A DNA stretch of 64,000 nt from the NCBI RefSeq assembly GCF_009914755.1, contig NC_060946.1; one strand, 5' to 3'. Under the pieces are notes generated by a model that saw only the letters and a program-made list of their open reading frames with translations, searched no databases and was not told the origin of the DNA. A program made the position numbers and the translations under genes. Positions 41,683 to 58,475 of the stretch are shown here, piece by piece. Numbering within the stretch: position 1 is the stretch's first letter; every line of letters starts with the position of its first letter. The DNA comes from the human T2T-CHM13v2.0 reference genome, Homo sapiens.

Positions 41683-44666
41683 TGACACATCTCTGAACAG
41701 ATCAACAAAGTGATATAACTCTTGTCTAGGCTCTGCCTACAGGGGCTTTGTGACATATCTCTGCACTGATCACCCAGATGATGGGACTTTTGTCTAGGCT
41801 CTGCCTATAGGGGCATTCTGACATATCTCTACACTGATCACCCAGCTGATATAACCATTGTGTTGGATCTGCCTATGGGGGTGTTGTGACATATTTCTGC
41901 ACTGATCACCCAGGTGATGGGACCCTCGTCTGGGCTCTGTGTATTGGGGCTTTGTGACATATCTCTGCACTGATCACCCAGGTGATGTAACGCTTGACTA
42001 GGCTCTGCCTACAGGGCATAGTGACATATCACTGCATTGATCACTGAGGTGATGTAACTTTTGTCCAGGCTTTGCCTATAGGGGAACTTGTGACATATCT
42101 CTGCACTGATCATCTAGGGGATGTAACTCTTGCTTACGCTCTGCCTGCAGGGGCATTTTGAAATATCTCTGCACTGATCACCCAGCTGATGGGACTCTTC
42201 TCTAGGCTCTGCCTACTGGGGGCATTGTCACATATTTCTGCACTGATCACGCAGGTGATGGACACTTGTCTTGGATTTGCCTATGGGGGCATTGTGACAT
42301 ATCTCTGCACTGATCACCCAGGTGATGTAACTCTGGTCTAAGCTCTGCCTAAAGGGGCATTGTGACAGATCTCTGCACTGATCACTCAGATGATGTAACT
42401 ATTGTCTAGGCTCTGCTTAAAGGGGCCTTGTCACATATCTCAGCACTGAACACCCAGGTGATGTAACTCTTTTCTACACTCTGCTTACAGGGGGTATTGT
42501 GACATATCTCTGCACCGATCACACAGGTGATGTAACACTTGTGTAGGCTCTGCCTACAGGGACATTTTGACATATCTCTGCACTGTTAACCGAGGTGATG
42601 TAACCCTTCTCTAGGCTGTGCCCACAGGGGGATTGAGACATATCTCTGCACGGATCCCGAGGTGACCCAACTCTTGCCTGGTCTCTGCCTACTGGGGACA
42701 TTGTGACATATCTCTGCACTGATCTCCCAGGTGTTGTAACTTCAGCCTAGGCTCTGGCTACATGGCATTGTAACATTTCACTGCACTGATCACCCAGGTG
42801 ATATAACTCTTGTCTAGGCACTGCCTGCAGGGGTCTTGTGACATATCTCTGCACTGATCACCCAGGTGATATAACTCTTCTCTACGATGTGCCTACAGGG
42901 TGCTTTGTGACATATCCCTGCAATGATCACCCAGGTGATATACCACTTGTCAAGGCTCTGCCTACAGGGGCATTGAGATGTATCTCTGCACTGATCACCT
43001 AGGTCATGTAACTCTTGTCTAGGCTCTGCCTATAGTGGCATTGTGACATATATCTGCAGTGATAATCCAAATGATGTAACTCTTGTCTAGGAAGTGCCTA
43101 AAGGGACTTTGTGACATAACTCTGCACTGATCATCCAGGTGATGGGGTTTTTGTCTAGGCTCTGCCTAATGGGGCATTGTGACATATTTCTGCACTGATC
43201 ACCCAGGTGATGGACTCTTGTCTTGGATCTGCCTATGGGGGCATTGTGACATATCTCTGCACTGATAACCGAGGTGATGTAACTGTTGAATAACCTCTGC
43301 CTACAGGGGAATTGAGAGAGATCTCGCCACTGATCACCCAAGGGATGTAACTATTGTCTGGGGTTTGCCTACAGGGGGCTTTGTGACATACCATTGCACT
43401 GATCACCCAGGTGATGTAGCTCATCTAAGTTCTGCCTACAGGAGCTTTGTGACATATCTCTGCACTGATCACTTAGGTGATGTAACACTTTTATAAGCAC
43501 TGCCTACAGGGAATTTTGACAAATCTCTGCACTGATCACCCAGGTGATGTAACTCTTTTCTAGGATCTGCCTACAAGTTGCTGTGTGACATATCCCTGCA
43601 ATGATCACCCAGGTGATGTACCACTTCTCAAGGCTCTGCCTACAGGGACATTGCGATGTATCTCTGCACTGATCACGTAAGTCGTGTAACTCTTGTCTAG
43701 GCTCTGCCTACAGTGGCATTGTGACATATCCCTGCACTGATCATCCAAGTGATGTAACTCTTGTCTAGGATCTGCGTAAAGGGACTTTGTGACATAACTC
43801 TGCACTGATCATCCAGGTGAAGGGGCTTTTGTCTAAGCTCTGCCTAAGGTAGCATTGTGAAATATTTCTGCACTGATCACCCAGGTGACGGATTCTTGTC
43901 ATGGATCTGCCTATGGGGGCATTGTGACACATCTCTGCACTGATCACCCAGGTGATGTTACTGTTGTATAAGCTCTGCCTACAGGGGAACTGTGAGAGAA
44001 CTCGCCACTGATCACCCAAGTAAAGTAACTATTGTCTAGGCTTTGCCTACAGGGGGTTTTGTGACATACATTTGCCCTGATCATGCAGGTGATGTAACTC
44101 ATCTAAGTTCTGCCTACAGGAGCTTTGTGACTTATCTCTGCATTGTTCACTTGGGTGATGTAACACTTTTATAAGCACTGCCTACAGGGAATTTTGACAA
44201 ATCTCTGCACTGATCACTTAGGTGATGTAACTCTTGTCTACCCACTGCCCAAAGGGGGCATTGTGAAATATCTCTGCACTGATCACTCAGGTGACTCAAC
44301 TCTTGTCTAGGATCTGCCTACAGGCGGTATAGTTAAATATCTCTGCAATGATCAACTAGGGGTTGTAGCTCTTGTCTAGGCTCTGCCTACAGCGGCGTTT
44401 TCACATATCCCTGAACTGATGACAAAGGTGATGTAACTCTTGCCTAGGCTTTCCCTACAGAGGACATTGTGACATATCTCTGCACTGATCACCCAGGTGA
44501 TGCAACTCTTCTCTATGCTCTGCCTACAGGGGACATTGTGACATATCTCTGCACTGATCACCCAAATGATGCAAATCTTCTCTAGGCTCCACAGGGAGGG
44601 GACATTGTGACATGTTTCTGAACTGATCATCCAGGAGATGTAACTATTCTCCAGGCTTTGACTAAG
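41683..44666 (-). repeat. Beta-satellite array, block 6 (inverted)
   Basis: Reverse-complement monomers (TGTGACATATCTCTGCACTGATCACCCAGGTGATGTAAC). Confidence 0.97.
43510..44564 (-). repeat. ~1.05-kb near-identical direct repeat, copy A (copy B at 49468-50522)
   Basis: Shared rare variants (ACAAGTTGCTGTGTGAC, CACGTAAGTCGTG, CAGGCGGTATAGTTAAAT) at a constant 5958-bp offset; ORF translations 43605-43805 and 49563-49763 are identical. Confidence 0.88.
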
Positions 44667-44779
44667 GAGGGTCGGAAGGTGTTGGGAGAGCCTCAGCTGG
44701 AATTTCACGGACGGACAAGGGCACAGACAGGCCAGCAGACTCTGTTGCACGTCAGCTGGGTTGCACAATTAGTGCAGAT
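44600..44779 (-). other. pLAM / exon-3-like segment without a PAS (unit 6)
   Basis: Minus strand GGCTAG|ATCTGCAC...GAAACAT-GTCACA-ATGTCCC (44606-44611). Confidence 0.75.
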
Positions 44780-45368
44780 CTAGCCAGGAGGACGACAAAG
44801 AGAGCTAGAGATCTGCCTTCCACCGCCAGGAACTCCGTGGTGGCAGCTGGGAGGCTGCAGGGGCACTGGTGGATCAGCGACGGTGGCGCGGAGGCGCAGA
44901 TGAGGGGAGCCGCCGGAGGGGTGCCAGGCGTGGATGCTGCGCGGGCCCTGTGTTTCGCGGGAACGGGGTCTCCACCCAACCCAGGGGAGGACACATTTTC
45001 CGTGGGTGTGGGATGGGGGTGTGGAGGGGGTGGTCAGGATGGGGTGGGGTGGTGGAAAGGCATGAGAACTCTGCCTGGGCTGCTCCACAGCCCAGGCAGC
45101 TTCCCGCAAACCGGCGCGTGCACGGTAGGCAGCCCACATGCTGGTACCTGGGCCGGATCTGGAATCCCCAGGATGCCCAGGAAAGAACGGCAGTTATCCG
45201 CTCTGTGGATTCTCTCCCCGGGGTAGACCTAGAAGGCAGGAATCCCAGGCTGGTCAGCCCGGTGGAGGGGGCGGGGGGAAGACATGCCCCTCCATAGCCA
45301 GCCAGGTGTGCCTTAACAAAGAGAGGCCACCGCCCTGCCCCGACCTGACCCCGTCCCAACCCCGCGTC

Positions 45369-46658
<1,290 letters not shown>

Positions 46659-46771
46659 TCATCGACGCACACGGGCAGAGAGAGGCCGGCGCGCTCCCGT
46701 GCACCTCAGCCGGCCTGTGCACTGTGGCAGGTGCAGCCAGGAGGCCTGCCTGGAAAGCCAGGCAGCGGCTC

Positions 46772-46820
46772 TTATAAAGGCCCACAGGCAGGCAGACTCC
46801 ACCATTCATGAATGGCGGAC
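46772..46820 (-). promoter_or_regulatory. DBE variant (perfect palindrome CCATTCATGAATGG) plus TATAA box, unit 6
   Basis: TTATA on + at 46772-46776; palindrome at 46802-46815. Confidence 0.62.
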
Positions 46821-47435
46821 ATCCCTGGGACAGCCCACCCCACCCCGAAGGGTCCCAGGGCGTCGAGGCCTGCGGCCGGTGGGTGGTGGGGTAGGGGGGG
46901 CAGGCGTGCTGATGGCGGTGGTGGGGCCGGAGAGACGAAGAGCAAGGGGGCGAGGGGGAAGGGGTGAGGGGGGCGCGTTTCAGGGACTGGCTCTCTGGAC
47001 CTCTCCAGAAATCCCACGGGAACTGGAAGCCGCTCTCTGGGCTCCCATGCGTCTTCAGCAGGGAGAAACTAGCCTGGGAGGGTGCAGCGGAGTGTGGAAC
47101 TGAACCTCCGTGGGAGTCTTTAGTGTTAGTGTTCCAGAACTTCTCTCGGTGAAAGAGGCAGTGCCTGTGGGTGTCGCCGCTGCCAGAACAGTCTGACAAA
47201 CGAAGGCGTGTGGCTCTCCTTCATTTCCACGTAGGAGACCAGAGCGAGACCACAGAGAGAAGATGCCTCCATGGCATGATGGCCTGACGATGGATTCCCG
47301 TGTGTGGCTACATGGGGAGTCTGCAGTGTGGCCGGTTTGGAAACTGGCAAGGAGAGAGAAGGCACCATGCCGGTCTTCCACCCTTCCCTGCATGTTTCCG
47401 GGTGCCCGCCGAGCTCCAGGAGCAAACAGTCAGCA

Positions 47436-50400
47436 TGACACATCTCTAAACTGATCAACAAAGTGATGTAACTCTTGTCTAGGCTCTGCCTACAGGGGCT
47501 TTGTGACATATCTCTGCACTGATTACCCTGCTGATGGGACTTTTGTCCAGGCTTTGCCTATGGGGGCATTGTGACATATCTCTACACTGATCACCTAGGT
47601 GATGTAACTATTGTGTTGGATCTGCCCATGGGGGCATTGTGACATATTTCTGCACTGATCACCCAGGTGATGGGACCCTTGTCTAGGCTCTGTGTATGGG
47701 GGCTTTGTGACATATCTCTGCACTGGTCACCCAGGTGATGTAACGCTTGACTAGGCTCTGACTACGGGGCATAGTGACATATCACTGCATTGATCACTGA
47801 GGTGATGTATCTGTTGTCCAGGCTCTGCATATAGGGGGCCTTGTGACATATTTCTGCACTGATAATTTAGGTGAAGTAACTATTGCTTACGCTCTGCCTG
47901 CAGGGGCATTGTGAAATATCTCTACACTGATCACCCAGGTGATGGGACTCTTCTCTAGGCTCTGCCTACTGGGGGCATTGTCACATATTTCTGCATTGAT
48001 CACCCAGGTGACGGACTCTTGCCTTGGATTTGCCTATGGGGGCATTGTGACATATCTCTGCACTGATCACCCAGGTGATGTAACTCTGGTCTAAGCTCTG
48101 CCTAAAGGGGCATTGTGACAGATACCTGCACTGATCACTAAGGTGATGTAACTATCATCTAGGCTCTGCTTAAGGGGGCATTGTCATATATCTCTGCACT
48201 GACCACCCAGGTGATGTAACACTTGTCTGGGCTCTGCTTACAGGGGGTATTGTGACATATCACTGCACTGATCACCTAAGTGATATAACACTTGTGTAGG
48301 CTCTGCCTAAAGGGGCATTTTGACATAACTCTGCACTGGTAACCGCTGTGATGTAACTCTTGTCTAGGCTGTGCCCACAGGGGGATTGAGACATATCTCT
48401 GCACTGATCCCGAGGTGATCCAACTCTTGCCGGGTCTCTGCCTACTGGGGACATTGTGACATATCTCTGCACTGATCTCCCAGGTGCTGTAAATTTAGTA
48501 TGGCCTCTGGCTACACGGCATTGTGACATAGCACTGCACTGACCACCCAGGTGATAAAACTCTTGTCTAGGCTCTGCCTACAGGGGTCATGTGACATATC
48601 TCTGCAGTGATCACCCAGGTGATATAACTCTTCTCTAGGATCTGCTTAGAGGGTGCTTTGTGACATATCCTTGCAATGATCACTCAGGTGATATAGGAAT
48701 TGTCAAGGCTCTGCCTACAGGTACATTGCGACGTATCTCTGCACTGATCACCTAGGTCATGTAACTCTTCTCTAGTCTCTGCCTACAGTGGCATTGTGAC
48801 ATATCTCTGCACGGATCACACAGGTGATGTAACTCTTTTCTAGGATCTGCCTACAGGGTGCTTTGTGACATATCCCTGCAATGATCACCCAGGTGATGTA
48901 CCACTTGTCAAGGCTCTGCCTACAGGGACATTGTGATGTATCTCTGCACTGATCACCTAGGTCATGTAACACTTTTCTAGGCTCTGCCTACAGTGGCATT
49001 GTGACATATCTCTGCACTGATCATCCAACTGATGTAAATCTTGTCTAGGATCTGCCTAAAGGGACTTTGTGATATAACTCTGCACTGATCATCCAGGTGA
49101 TGGGGCTTTTGTCAAGGGTCTCCCTAAGGGGGCATTGTGACATATTTCTGCACTGTTCACCCAGGTGACGGGCTCTTGTCTTGGAACTGCCTATGGGGGC
49201 AATGTGACATATCTCTGCACTGATCATCTTGGTGATGTAACTGTTGTATAAGCTGTGCCTACAGGGGAATTGTGAGAGATCTCGCCACTGATCACGCAAG
49301 TGATATAACTATTGTCTAGGCTTTGCCTGCAGGGGGCTTTGTGACATAACTTTACACTGATCACGCAGGTGATGTAACTCAGCTAAGTAGTTCCTACAAG
49401 AGCTTTGTGACATATCTCTGTACTGTTCACTTGGGTTATGTAACACTTTTATAAGCACTGCCTAAAGGGAATTTTGACAAATCTCTGCACTGATCACCCA
49501 GGTGATGTAACTCTTTTCTAGGATCTGCCTACAAGTTGCTGTGTGACATATCCCTGCAATGATCACCCAGGTGATGTACCACTTCTTAAGGCTCTGCCTA
49601 CAGGGACATTGCGATGTATCTCTGCACTGATCACGTAAGTCGTGTAACTCTTGTCTAGGCTCTGCCTACAGTGGCATTGTGACATATCCCTGCACTGATC
49701 ATCCAAGTGATGTAACTCTTGTCTAGGATCTGCGTAAAGGGACTTTGTGACATAACTCTGCACTGATCATCCAGGTGAAGGGGCTTTTGTCTAAGCTCTG
49801 CCTAAGATAGCATTGTGAAATATTTCTGCACTGATCACCCAGGTGATGGATTCTTGTCATGGATCTGCCTATGGGGGCATTGTGACACATCTCTGCACTG
49901 ATCACCCAGGTGATGTTACTGTTGTATAAGCTCTGCCTACAGGGGAACTGTGAGAGAACTCGCCACTGATCACCCAAGTAAAGTAACTATTGTCTAGGCT
50001 TTGCCTACAGGGGGTTTTGTGACATACATTTGCCCTGATCATGCAGGTGATGTAACTCATCTAAGTTCTGCCTACAGGAGCTTTGTGACTTATCTCTGCA
50101 TTGTTCACTTGGGTGATGTAACACTTTTATAAGCACTGCCTACAGGGAATTTTGACAAATCTCTGCACTGATCACCTAGGTGATGTAACTCTTGTCTACC
50201 CTCTGCCCAAAGGGGACATTGTGAAATATCTCTGCACTGATCACTCAGGTGACTCAACTCTTGTCTAGGATCTGCCTACAGGCGGTATAGTTAAATATCT
50301 CTGCAATGATCAACTAGGGGTTGTAGCTCTTGTCTAGGCTCTGCCTACAGCGGCGTTTTCACATATCCCTGAACTGATGACAAAGGTGAAGTAACTCTTG

Positions 50401-53400
50401 CCTAGGCTTTCCCTACAGAGGACATTGTGACATATCTCTGCACTGATCACCCAGGTGATGCAACTCTTCTCTATGCTCTGCCTACAGGGGACATTGTGAC
50501 ATATCTCTGCACTGATCACCCAGGTGATGCAACTCTTCTCTATGCTCTGCCTACAGGGGTAATTGTGACATATCTCTGCACAGATCACCCAGGTAATGTA
50601 ACTATTTTCTAATCTCTGCCCACAGAGGGCGTTGTGACATCACTCTGCATGGATCACCCGGGTTATGTAACTCTCGTCTAGGCTCTGTCTATGGGGGCAT
50701 TGTGACTTAGCACTGCAGTGATCACCCAGGAGATGTGTCTCTTGTCTAAACTCTGCCTAGAGGGACATTGGGATATATCTCTGCACTGGTCGATGAGGTC
50801 ATGTAAAACTTGTCTAGGCTTTGCCTATAGTGGGATTTATGACATATCTCTGCACTGATCCCCCAGGTGATGTAACTCTTGTCTAGGCTGTGCTTACAGG
50901 GGGTATTGTGAGATATCTCTGCACTGATCAAATAGGTGATCTAACTCTTGTGTAGGCTCTGCCTACATGTGCGTTTTCACCTATCCCTGAACTGATTACA
51001 AAGGTGATGTACCTCTTACCTAGGCTTTGCATACAGGGGACATTGTGACATATCTCTTCACTGATCACCCAGGTGATGCAACTCTTCTCTATGCTCTGCC
51101 TGCAGGGGGCATTGTGACATAAATTTGCACTGATCACCCAGGTGATGTAACTCTTATCTAGTCTCTGCCTACAGAGGGAGTTGTGACATCACTCTGCACG
51201 AATCACGTGGGTTATGTAACTCTTGTCTAGGCTCTGCCTATGGTGGCATTGTGACTTATCTCTGTACTGATCACCCAGGAGATGTGACTCTTGTCTAAGC
51301 TCTGTCCAGACGGACATTGGGACATATCTCTGCACTGATCGCTGAGGTGATGTAAAACATGTCTAGGCTGTGCCTACAGTGGGATTTATGACATATCTCT
51401 GCACTGATCACCCAGGTGATGTAACCCTTGTACAGGCTCTGCCTACAGGGGCATTTTAACATATCACTGCACTGATTACCGAGATGATGTAACTCTTGTA
51501 TAGGCTTCGCGACAGGGGGCATTGAGAGATATCTCTGCACTGATCACCGAGGTTATGCAACACTTGTCTGGGATCTGCTTACAGGGGGCATTGTGGCATA
51601 TCTCTGACCTGGTCACCCAGGTGATGTAACTCTTGTCTAGGCTCTGCCTACTGGAGACATAGTGACAAATCTCCACACTGATCACCCCGGTGATGTCTTT
51701 TTCAAGGATATGGCTACAGGGACATTGTGACACGTCACTGCACAGATCACACAGCTGATGTAGAACTTGTCAGGGCTCTGGCTACAGGGGGCTTGTGACA
51801 CATCTCTTCACTGATCACCCACGTGATATAACCCTTGTCTAGGCTCTGCCAAAAGGGGGCATTGTGACATAACCCTGCACTGATCACCCAGGTAATGGGA
51901 CTCTTATCTAGGCTCTGCCTACAGGGGCATTTTTACATAACTCTGCAGTGATCACGCAGGTGATGTAACTCTTGTCTATATCTGCCTACTGGCGGCATTG
52001 TGGCATGTTTCTGCACTGATCACCCAGGTGATGGGCTCTTCTGTTGGATCTACCTATAGGGCATAGTGACATATCTCTGCACTGATCACTTATGTGATAT
52101 AACGCTTGTCTACGCTGCGCCTACAGGGGAAGTGTGACAGATATCTCCAATGATCACCCAGGTGATGTAACAATTTTCTGGGATTTGTGTACAGGGGGCT
52201 TTGTGACATATCTTTGCACTGATCACCCAGGAGATGTAACTCTTGTCTAGGCTCTGCCTACAGGGGCTTTGTGACATATTTCTGCACTGATCACACAGGT
52301 GGTGTAATTCTTGTCTAGGCTCTGCCTACAGGGTTCTTTGTGACATATCTCTGCACTGATCACCCAGGTGATGTAACTCTTGTCTATTCTCCACCTACAG
52401 GGAGTATCGTAACGTATCTCTGCACTGATCACCCAGGTGATGTAACATTTATCTAGGCTCTGCCTGCAGGGGCGTTTTGACATAGCTCTGCACAGATCAC
52501 CTACGTTATGTAACTCTTGTCCACTCCCTGCCTGCAGGGGGCATTGTGAAATATCTCTGCACTGATTACCCAGGTGATGGGACTCTTCTCTATACTCTGC
52601 CTAGAGGGGGATTTGTGACATATCTCTGCACTGATCACCCAGGTGATGGAAATCTTGTCTAGGCTCTGTCTATGGGCACATTGTGTCAAATATCTGTACT
52701 GATCACCCAGGTGATGTAACTCTTTTCTAGGCTCTGTCTACAGAGATTTTTGTGACATATCACTGCACTGATCACCTAAGTGATGTAAGTCTTGGATGGG
52801 CTTGGCCTACAGAAGGCTTTGTGACATATCTATGCACTGATTTCTGAGGTGATGCAACTCTTGTCTAGGCACTGCCTACAGGGAACATTGGTACATATCT
52901 CTGCACTGATCACCCAGGTGATGGACTCTTGTCTTAGATCTGCCTACATGGACATTGTGACACATCTCTGAACTGATCAACCAAGTGATGAAACTCTTAT
53001 CTAGGCTCTGCCTACAGGGGCTTTGTGACACATCTCTGCACTGATCACCCTCGGGAGGGAACTCTTGTGTACGCTCAGCCTACAGGACGCTTTATGACTT
53101 ATAAATGCATTGTTAACCTAGCTGACGTAACACTTGTCTAGACTCTGCCTACACGGGGATTCTCACATATCTCTGCACTGATCACACGGGTGATGGAACT
53201 CCTGTCTTGGTTCAGCCTACAGGAGCGTTTTGACATATCTCTGCACTGATCACCCAGGTGATGTAACCCTTGTCTAAGCTCTGCCTACAGGGGCATTCTG
53301 ACAGATCTCTCCACTCCTCACCCAGGTGATGTAACAATTGTCTGGGCTTTGCCTACAGGGGGCTTTGTGGTATACATTTCCACTGATCAAACAGGTCATG

Positions 53401-53840
53401 TAACCCTTGTCAAGGTTCTGCTTACAGGGGCTTTGTGACATATCTCTGAACTGTTCACCCCAGGGAGGAAACACTTGATTACACTCTGCCTATAGGAGGC
53501 TTTACGACTTATCCCTGCACTGATCACTAGGTGATGTAACACTTGTCTAGGCTCTGTCTACATGGGAATTTTCACATATCTCTACACTGATCACCTAAGT
53601 GATGTAACCCTTGTCTAGGTTCAGCCTACTGGGGATTTCTGACATACCTATGCTCTGATCACCGAGGTGATTTAAATCATTTCCAGGCTTTTTGTACAGG
53701 GGACATTGTGATATATCTATCTCTGCACTGATCACCCAAATGATGCAAATCTTCTCTAGGCTCCGCAGTGAGGGGGCATTGTGACATGTTTCTGAACTGA
53801 TCATCCAGGAGATGTAACTGTTCTCCAGGCTTTGACTAAA
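47436..53840 (-). repeat. Beta-satellite array, block 7 (inverted)
   Basis: Reverse-complement monomers. Confidence 0.97.
49468..50522 (-). repeat. ~1.05-kb near-identical direct repeat, copy B
   Basis: See copy A at 43510-44564. Confidence 0.88.
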
Positions 53841-53952
53841 GAGAGTCGGAAGGTGTTCAGAGAAACTCAGCAAGAATTTCATAGACAGACAAGTGCACAG
53901 AGAGGCGAGCGGGCTCCTTGCACGTCAGCTGGGTTGCACAATGAGCGCAGGT
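53775..53952 (-). other. pLAM / exon-3-like segment without a PAS (unit 7)
   Basis: Minus strand GATAG|ACCTGCGC...GAAACAT-GTCACA-ATGCCCC (53780-53785). Confidence 0.75.
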
Positions 53953-54543
53953 CTATCCAGGAGACTGGCAAAGAGAGCTAGAGGTCTGTGTTCCGCTGCC
54001 AGGCGCTCCATGGTGGAAGCTGGGAAGCTACAGGGGCACGGGCGGGCGGGCGACGGTGGCGAGGAGGTGCAGAGGAGGCGAGCCGCCTGAGGGGTGTCAT
54101 GCCTGGATGCTGTGCAGGCCCGGTGTTTCGCGGGATAGGGGTCTCCACTCAGCCCAGGGGAGGACACATTTTCCGAGGGTGGGGAATGGGGGTGGTGTGA
54201 GGCTGGTCAGGCGGGGGTGGGGTGGTGGAAAGGCATGAGAGTTCTGCCCGGGCTGCTCCCACAGCACAGGCGGCTACCCGTAAACCCGTGCGTGCGCAGT
54301 AGGCGGCCCACCTGCTGGTACCTGGGCCGAGTCTGGGGTCCCCGGGATACTCAGGAAAGAATGGCAGTTCTCCGCTATGTGGACTCTCTCACCGGGCCTA
54401 GACCTAGAAGGCAGGAATCCCAGGCTGGTCAGCCCAGTGGAGGTTGCTGGGGGAAGACACGCCCCTCCATAGCCAGCCAGGTGTTCCCCGCGAAAGAGAG
54501 GTCACCGCCCTGCCCCGACCCGACCCCGTCCCAACTCCGTGAT

Positions 54544-56325
<1,782 letters not shown>

Positions 56326-56586
56326 TCACCTTGCCAGGACCATCTCACACGCGTAGACGTATCTCTGCCGTTCATTTCCACGTAGAAGACCAGAGCGAGG
56401 CCCCAGAAAGAAGATGCCTCCCCGGCGTGATGGCGTGATGATGGATTCCCGTGTGCGGCAATATGGGGAGTCTGCAGTGTGGCCGGTTTGGAAACTAGCA
56501 AGGAGAGCGAAGGCACCACGTCAGTCTTCCACCCTTCCCTGCATGTTTCCGGGTGCCCCCAGAGCTCTGGGAGCAAACAGTCAGCA

Positions 56587-57328
56587 TGACACATCTCTGA
56601 GCTGATGAACAAAGTGATGTAACTCTTTTCTAGGCTCTGCCTACAGGGGCTTTGTGACATATCTCTGCACTGACCACCGAGGTGATCGGACTTTTGTATA
56701 GGCTCTGCCTATGGGACATTGTGACATATCTCTACACTGATCACCCAGGTGATGTAACTCTTGTGTTGGATCTGCCTATGGGGGCATTGTGACATATATC
56801 TGCACTGATCACCCAGGTGATGGGACTCTTGTCTATGCTCTGTGTATGGGGGCTTTGTGACATATCTCTGCAATGATCACCCCTGTGATGGGACACTTCT
56901 CTAGGCTCTGTCTCGTGGGGGCATTGTCACATATTTCTGCACTGATCACCCAGGTGGCGGACTCTTGTCTTGGATTTGCCTATGGGGGCATTTTGACATA
57001 TCTCTGCACTGATCACCCAGGTGATGTAACTCTGGTCTAAGCTCTGCCTAAAGGGGCATTGTGACAGATCTCTGCACTGATCACTCAGGGGATGTAACTA
57101 TTGTCTAGGCTCTGCTTAAAGGGGCCTTGTCATATATCTCTGCACTGATCACCTAGGTGATATAACTTTTATCTAGGCTCTGCTTACAGGGGGTATTGTG
57201 ACATATCTCTGCACTGATCACCTAAGTGATGTAACACTTGTGTAGGCTCTGCCAACAGGGACATTTTGACATATCTCTGCATGTTAAACGAGGTGATGTA
57301 ACTCTTGTCTAGGCTGAGTTGTCTAGGC
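56587..57328 (-). repeat. Beta-satellite array, block 8 (inverted)
   Basis: Reverse-complement monomers, ending at the distal inversion breakpoint. Confidence 0.95.
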
Positions 57329-58407
57329 AGCGGAGAACTGCCATTCTTTCCTGGGCATCCGTAGTGGGGATGGTTCCAGGTTCCCCAGGTCGCCGAGGCG
57401 GCAGGGGAACCCCAAGCCGGGGCATCTCCACCTCGCCATCCTGTGCCCCCGGAGGCCTCCACATGGCAGGGGCAGATGCAAAGCATCCGGGCGCCGTCAC
57501 AGGTGCTCCAGGAGCCTGGGAGCTCGTCTAGACTCCCCTCCGGCCTGCTGCTGGATGAGCTCCTGGCGAGCCCAGAGATTTTGCAGCAGGTGCAACCTTT
57601 CCTAGAAACGGAGGCCCCAGGGGAGCTGGAGGCCTTGGAAGAGGCCGCCTCGATGGAAGCAGCCCTCAGCGAGGAAGATTACCAGGCTCTGCTGGAGGAG
57701 CTTTAGGACGTGGGGTTGGGACGGGTCGGGTAGGGGCAGGGCGGTGGCCTCCCTTTCACAGGGAACACCTGGCTGACTATGGAGGGGCGTGTCTTCCCTC
57801 CACCCCCATCACTGGGCTGACTGGCCTAGGATTCCTGCCTTCTAGGTCTAGGCCCAGTGAGAGTCTCCACCCAGCGGAGAACTGTATTTTTTCCTGGGCA
57901 TCCCAGGGATCCCACAGCCGGCCCAGGTAAAAGCAATTGGGCCACCTACTGTGTACGTGCGTGTTTGTGGGCCGCCGCCTGTGCTGTCGGAGCAGCCCGG
58001 GCAGAGCTCTCATGCCTTCCCACCGCCCCACCCCCGCCTGACCATCCCCACCCCAACCCCACCCCCCACCCCCGGAAAATTCGTCCTCCCCTGGGCTGGG
58101 TGGAGACCGCCGTCCCGTGAAACAGCGGGCCCGTGCAGCGTCCAGGCCTGACACCCCTCCAGCGGCTCGCCTCCTCCTCGCCTCCGCGACAGCGTCGCTG
58201 GGCCGCCCGTGCCCCTGCAGCCTCCCAGCTACCACCATGGAGCGCCTGATGGCAGAACGCAGACATCTAGCTCTCTTTGCCGACCTCCTGGCTAGATCTG
58301 CACTCATTGCCCACCCCGGTTAACGTGCAAGGGAGCCCGCTGGCCTCTCTGTGCCCTTGTCCGTCCGTGAAATTCCAGCTGAGGCTCTCCCAACAACTTG
58401 CGACGCT
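57329..58407 (+). repeat. D4Z4/LSau-like unit 8, 5'-truncated
   Basis: Starts with a 32-bp exon-2-like patch, then the DUX4 3' coding region, the post-stop region and pLAM. Confidence 0.9.
57358..57706 (+). pseudogene. DUX4L: DUX4-like 3' fragment (transactivation-domain region only), copy 8
   Basis: ...[18 protein letters not shown]...[53 protein letters not shown]; no promoter or homeoboxes. Confidence 0.9.
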
Positions 58408-58475
58408 ATTTATTCAAAGCCTGGAGAATAGTTACATCTACTGGATGATCTGTTGAGAAATATGTCACAATGCCC
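58296..58475 (+). other. pLAM / exon-3-like segment without a PAS (unit 8)
   Basis: GGCTAG|ATCTGCAC acceptor; GTCACA at 58464-58469. Confidence 0.75.

Noticed and set aside
58409-58414. AATAAA hexamers near units (minus strand at 58409-58414; plus strand at 23250-23255)
   Set aside because: The first is antisense to unit 8 and the second lies upstream of the unit 3 promoter; both are single-copy point variants.
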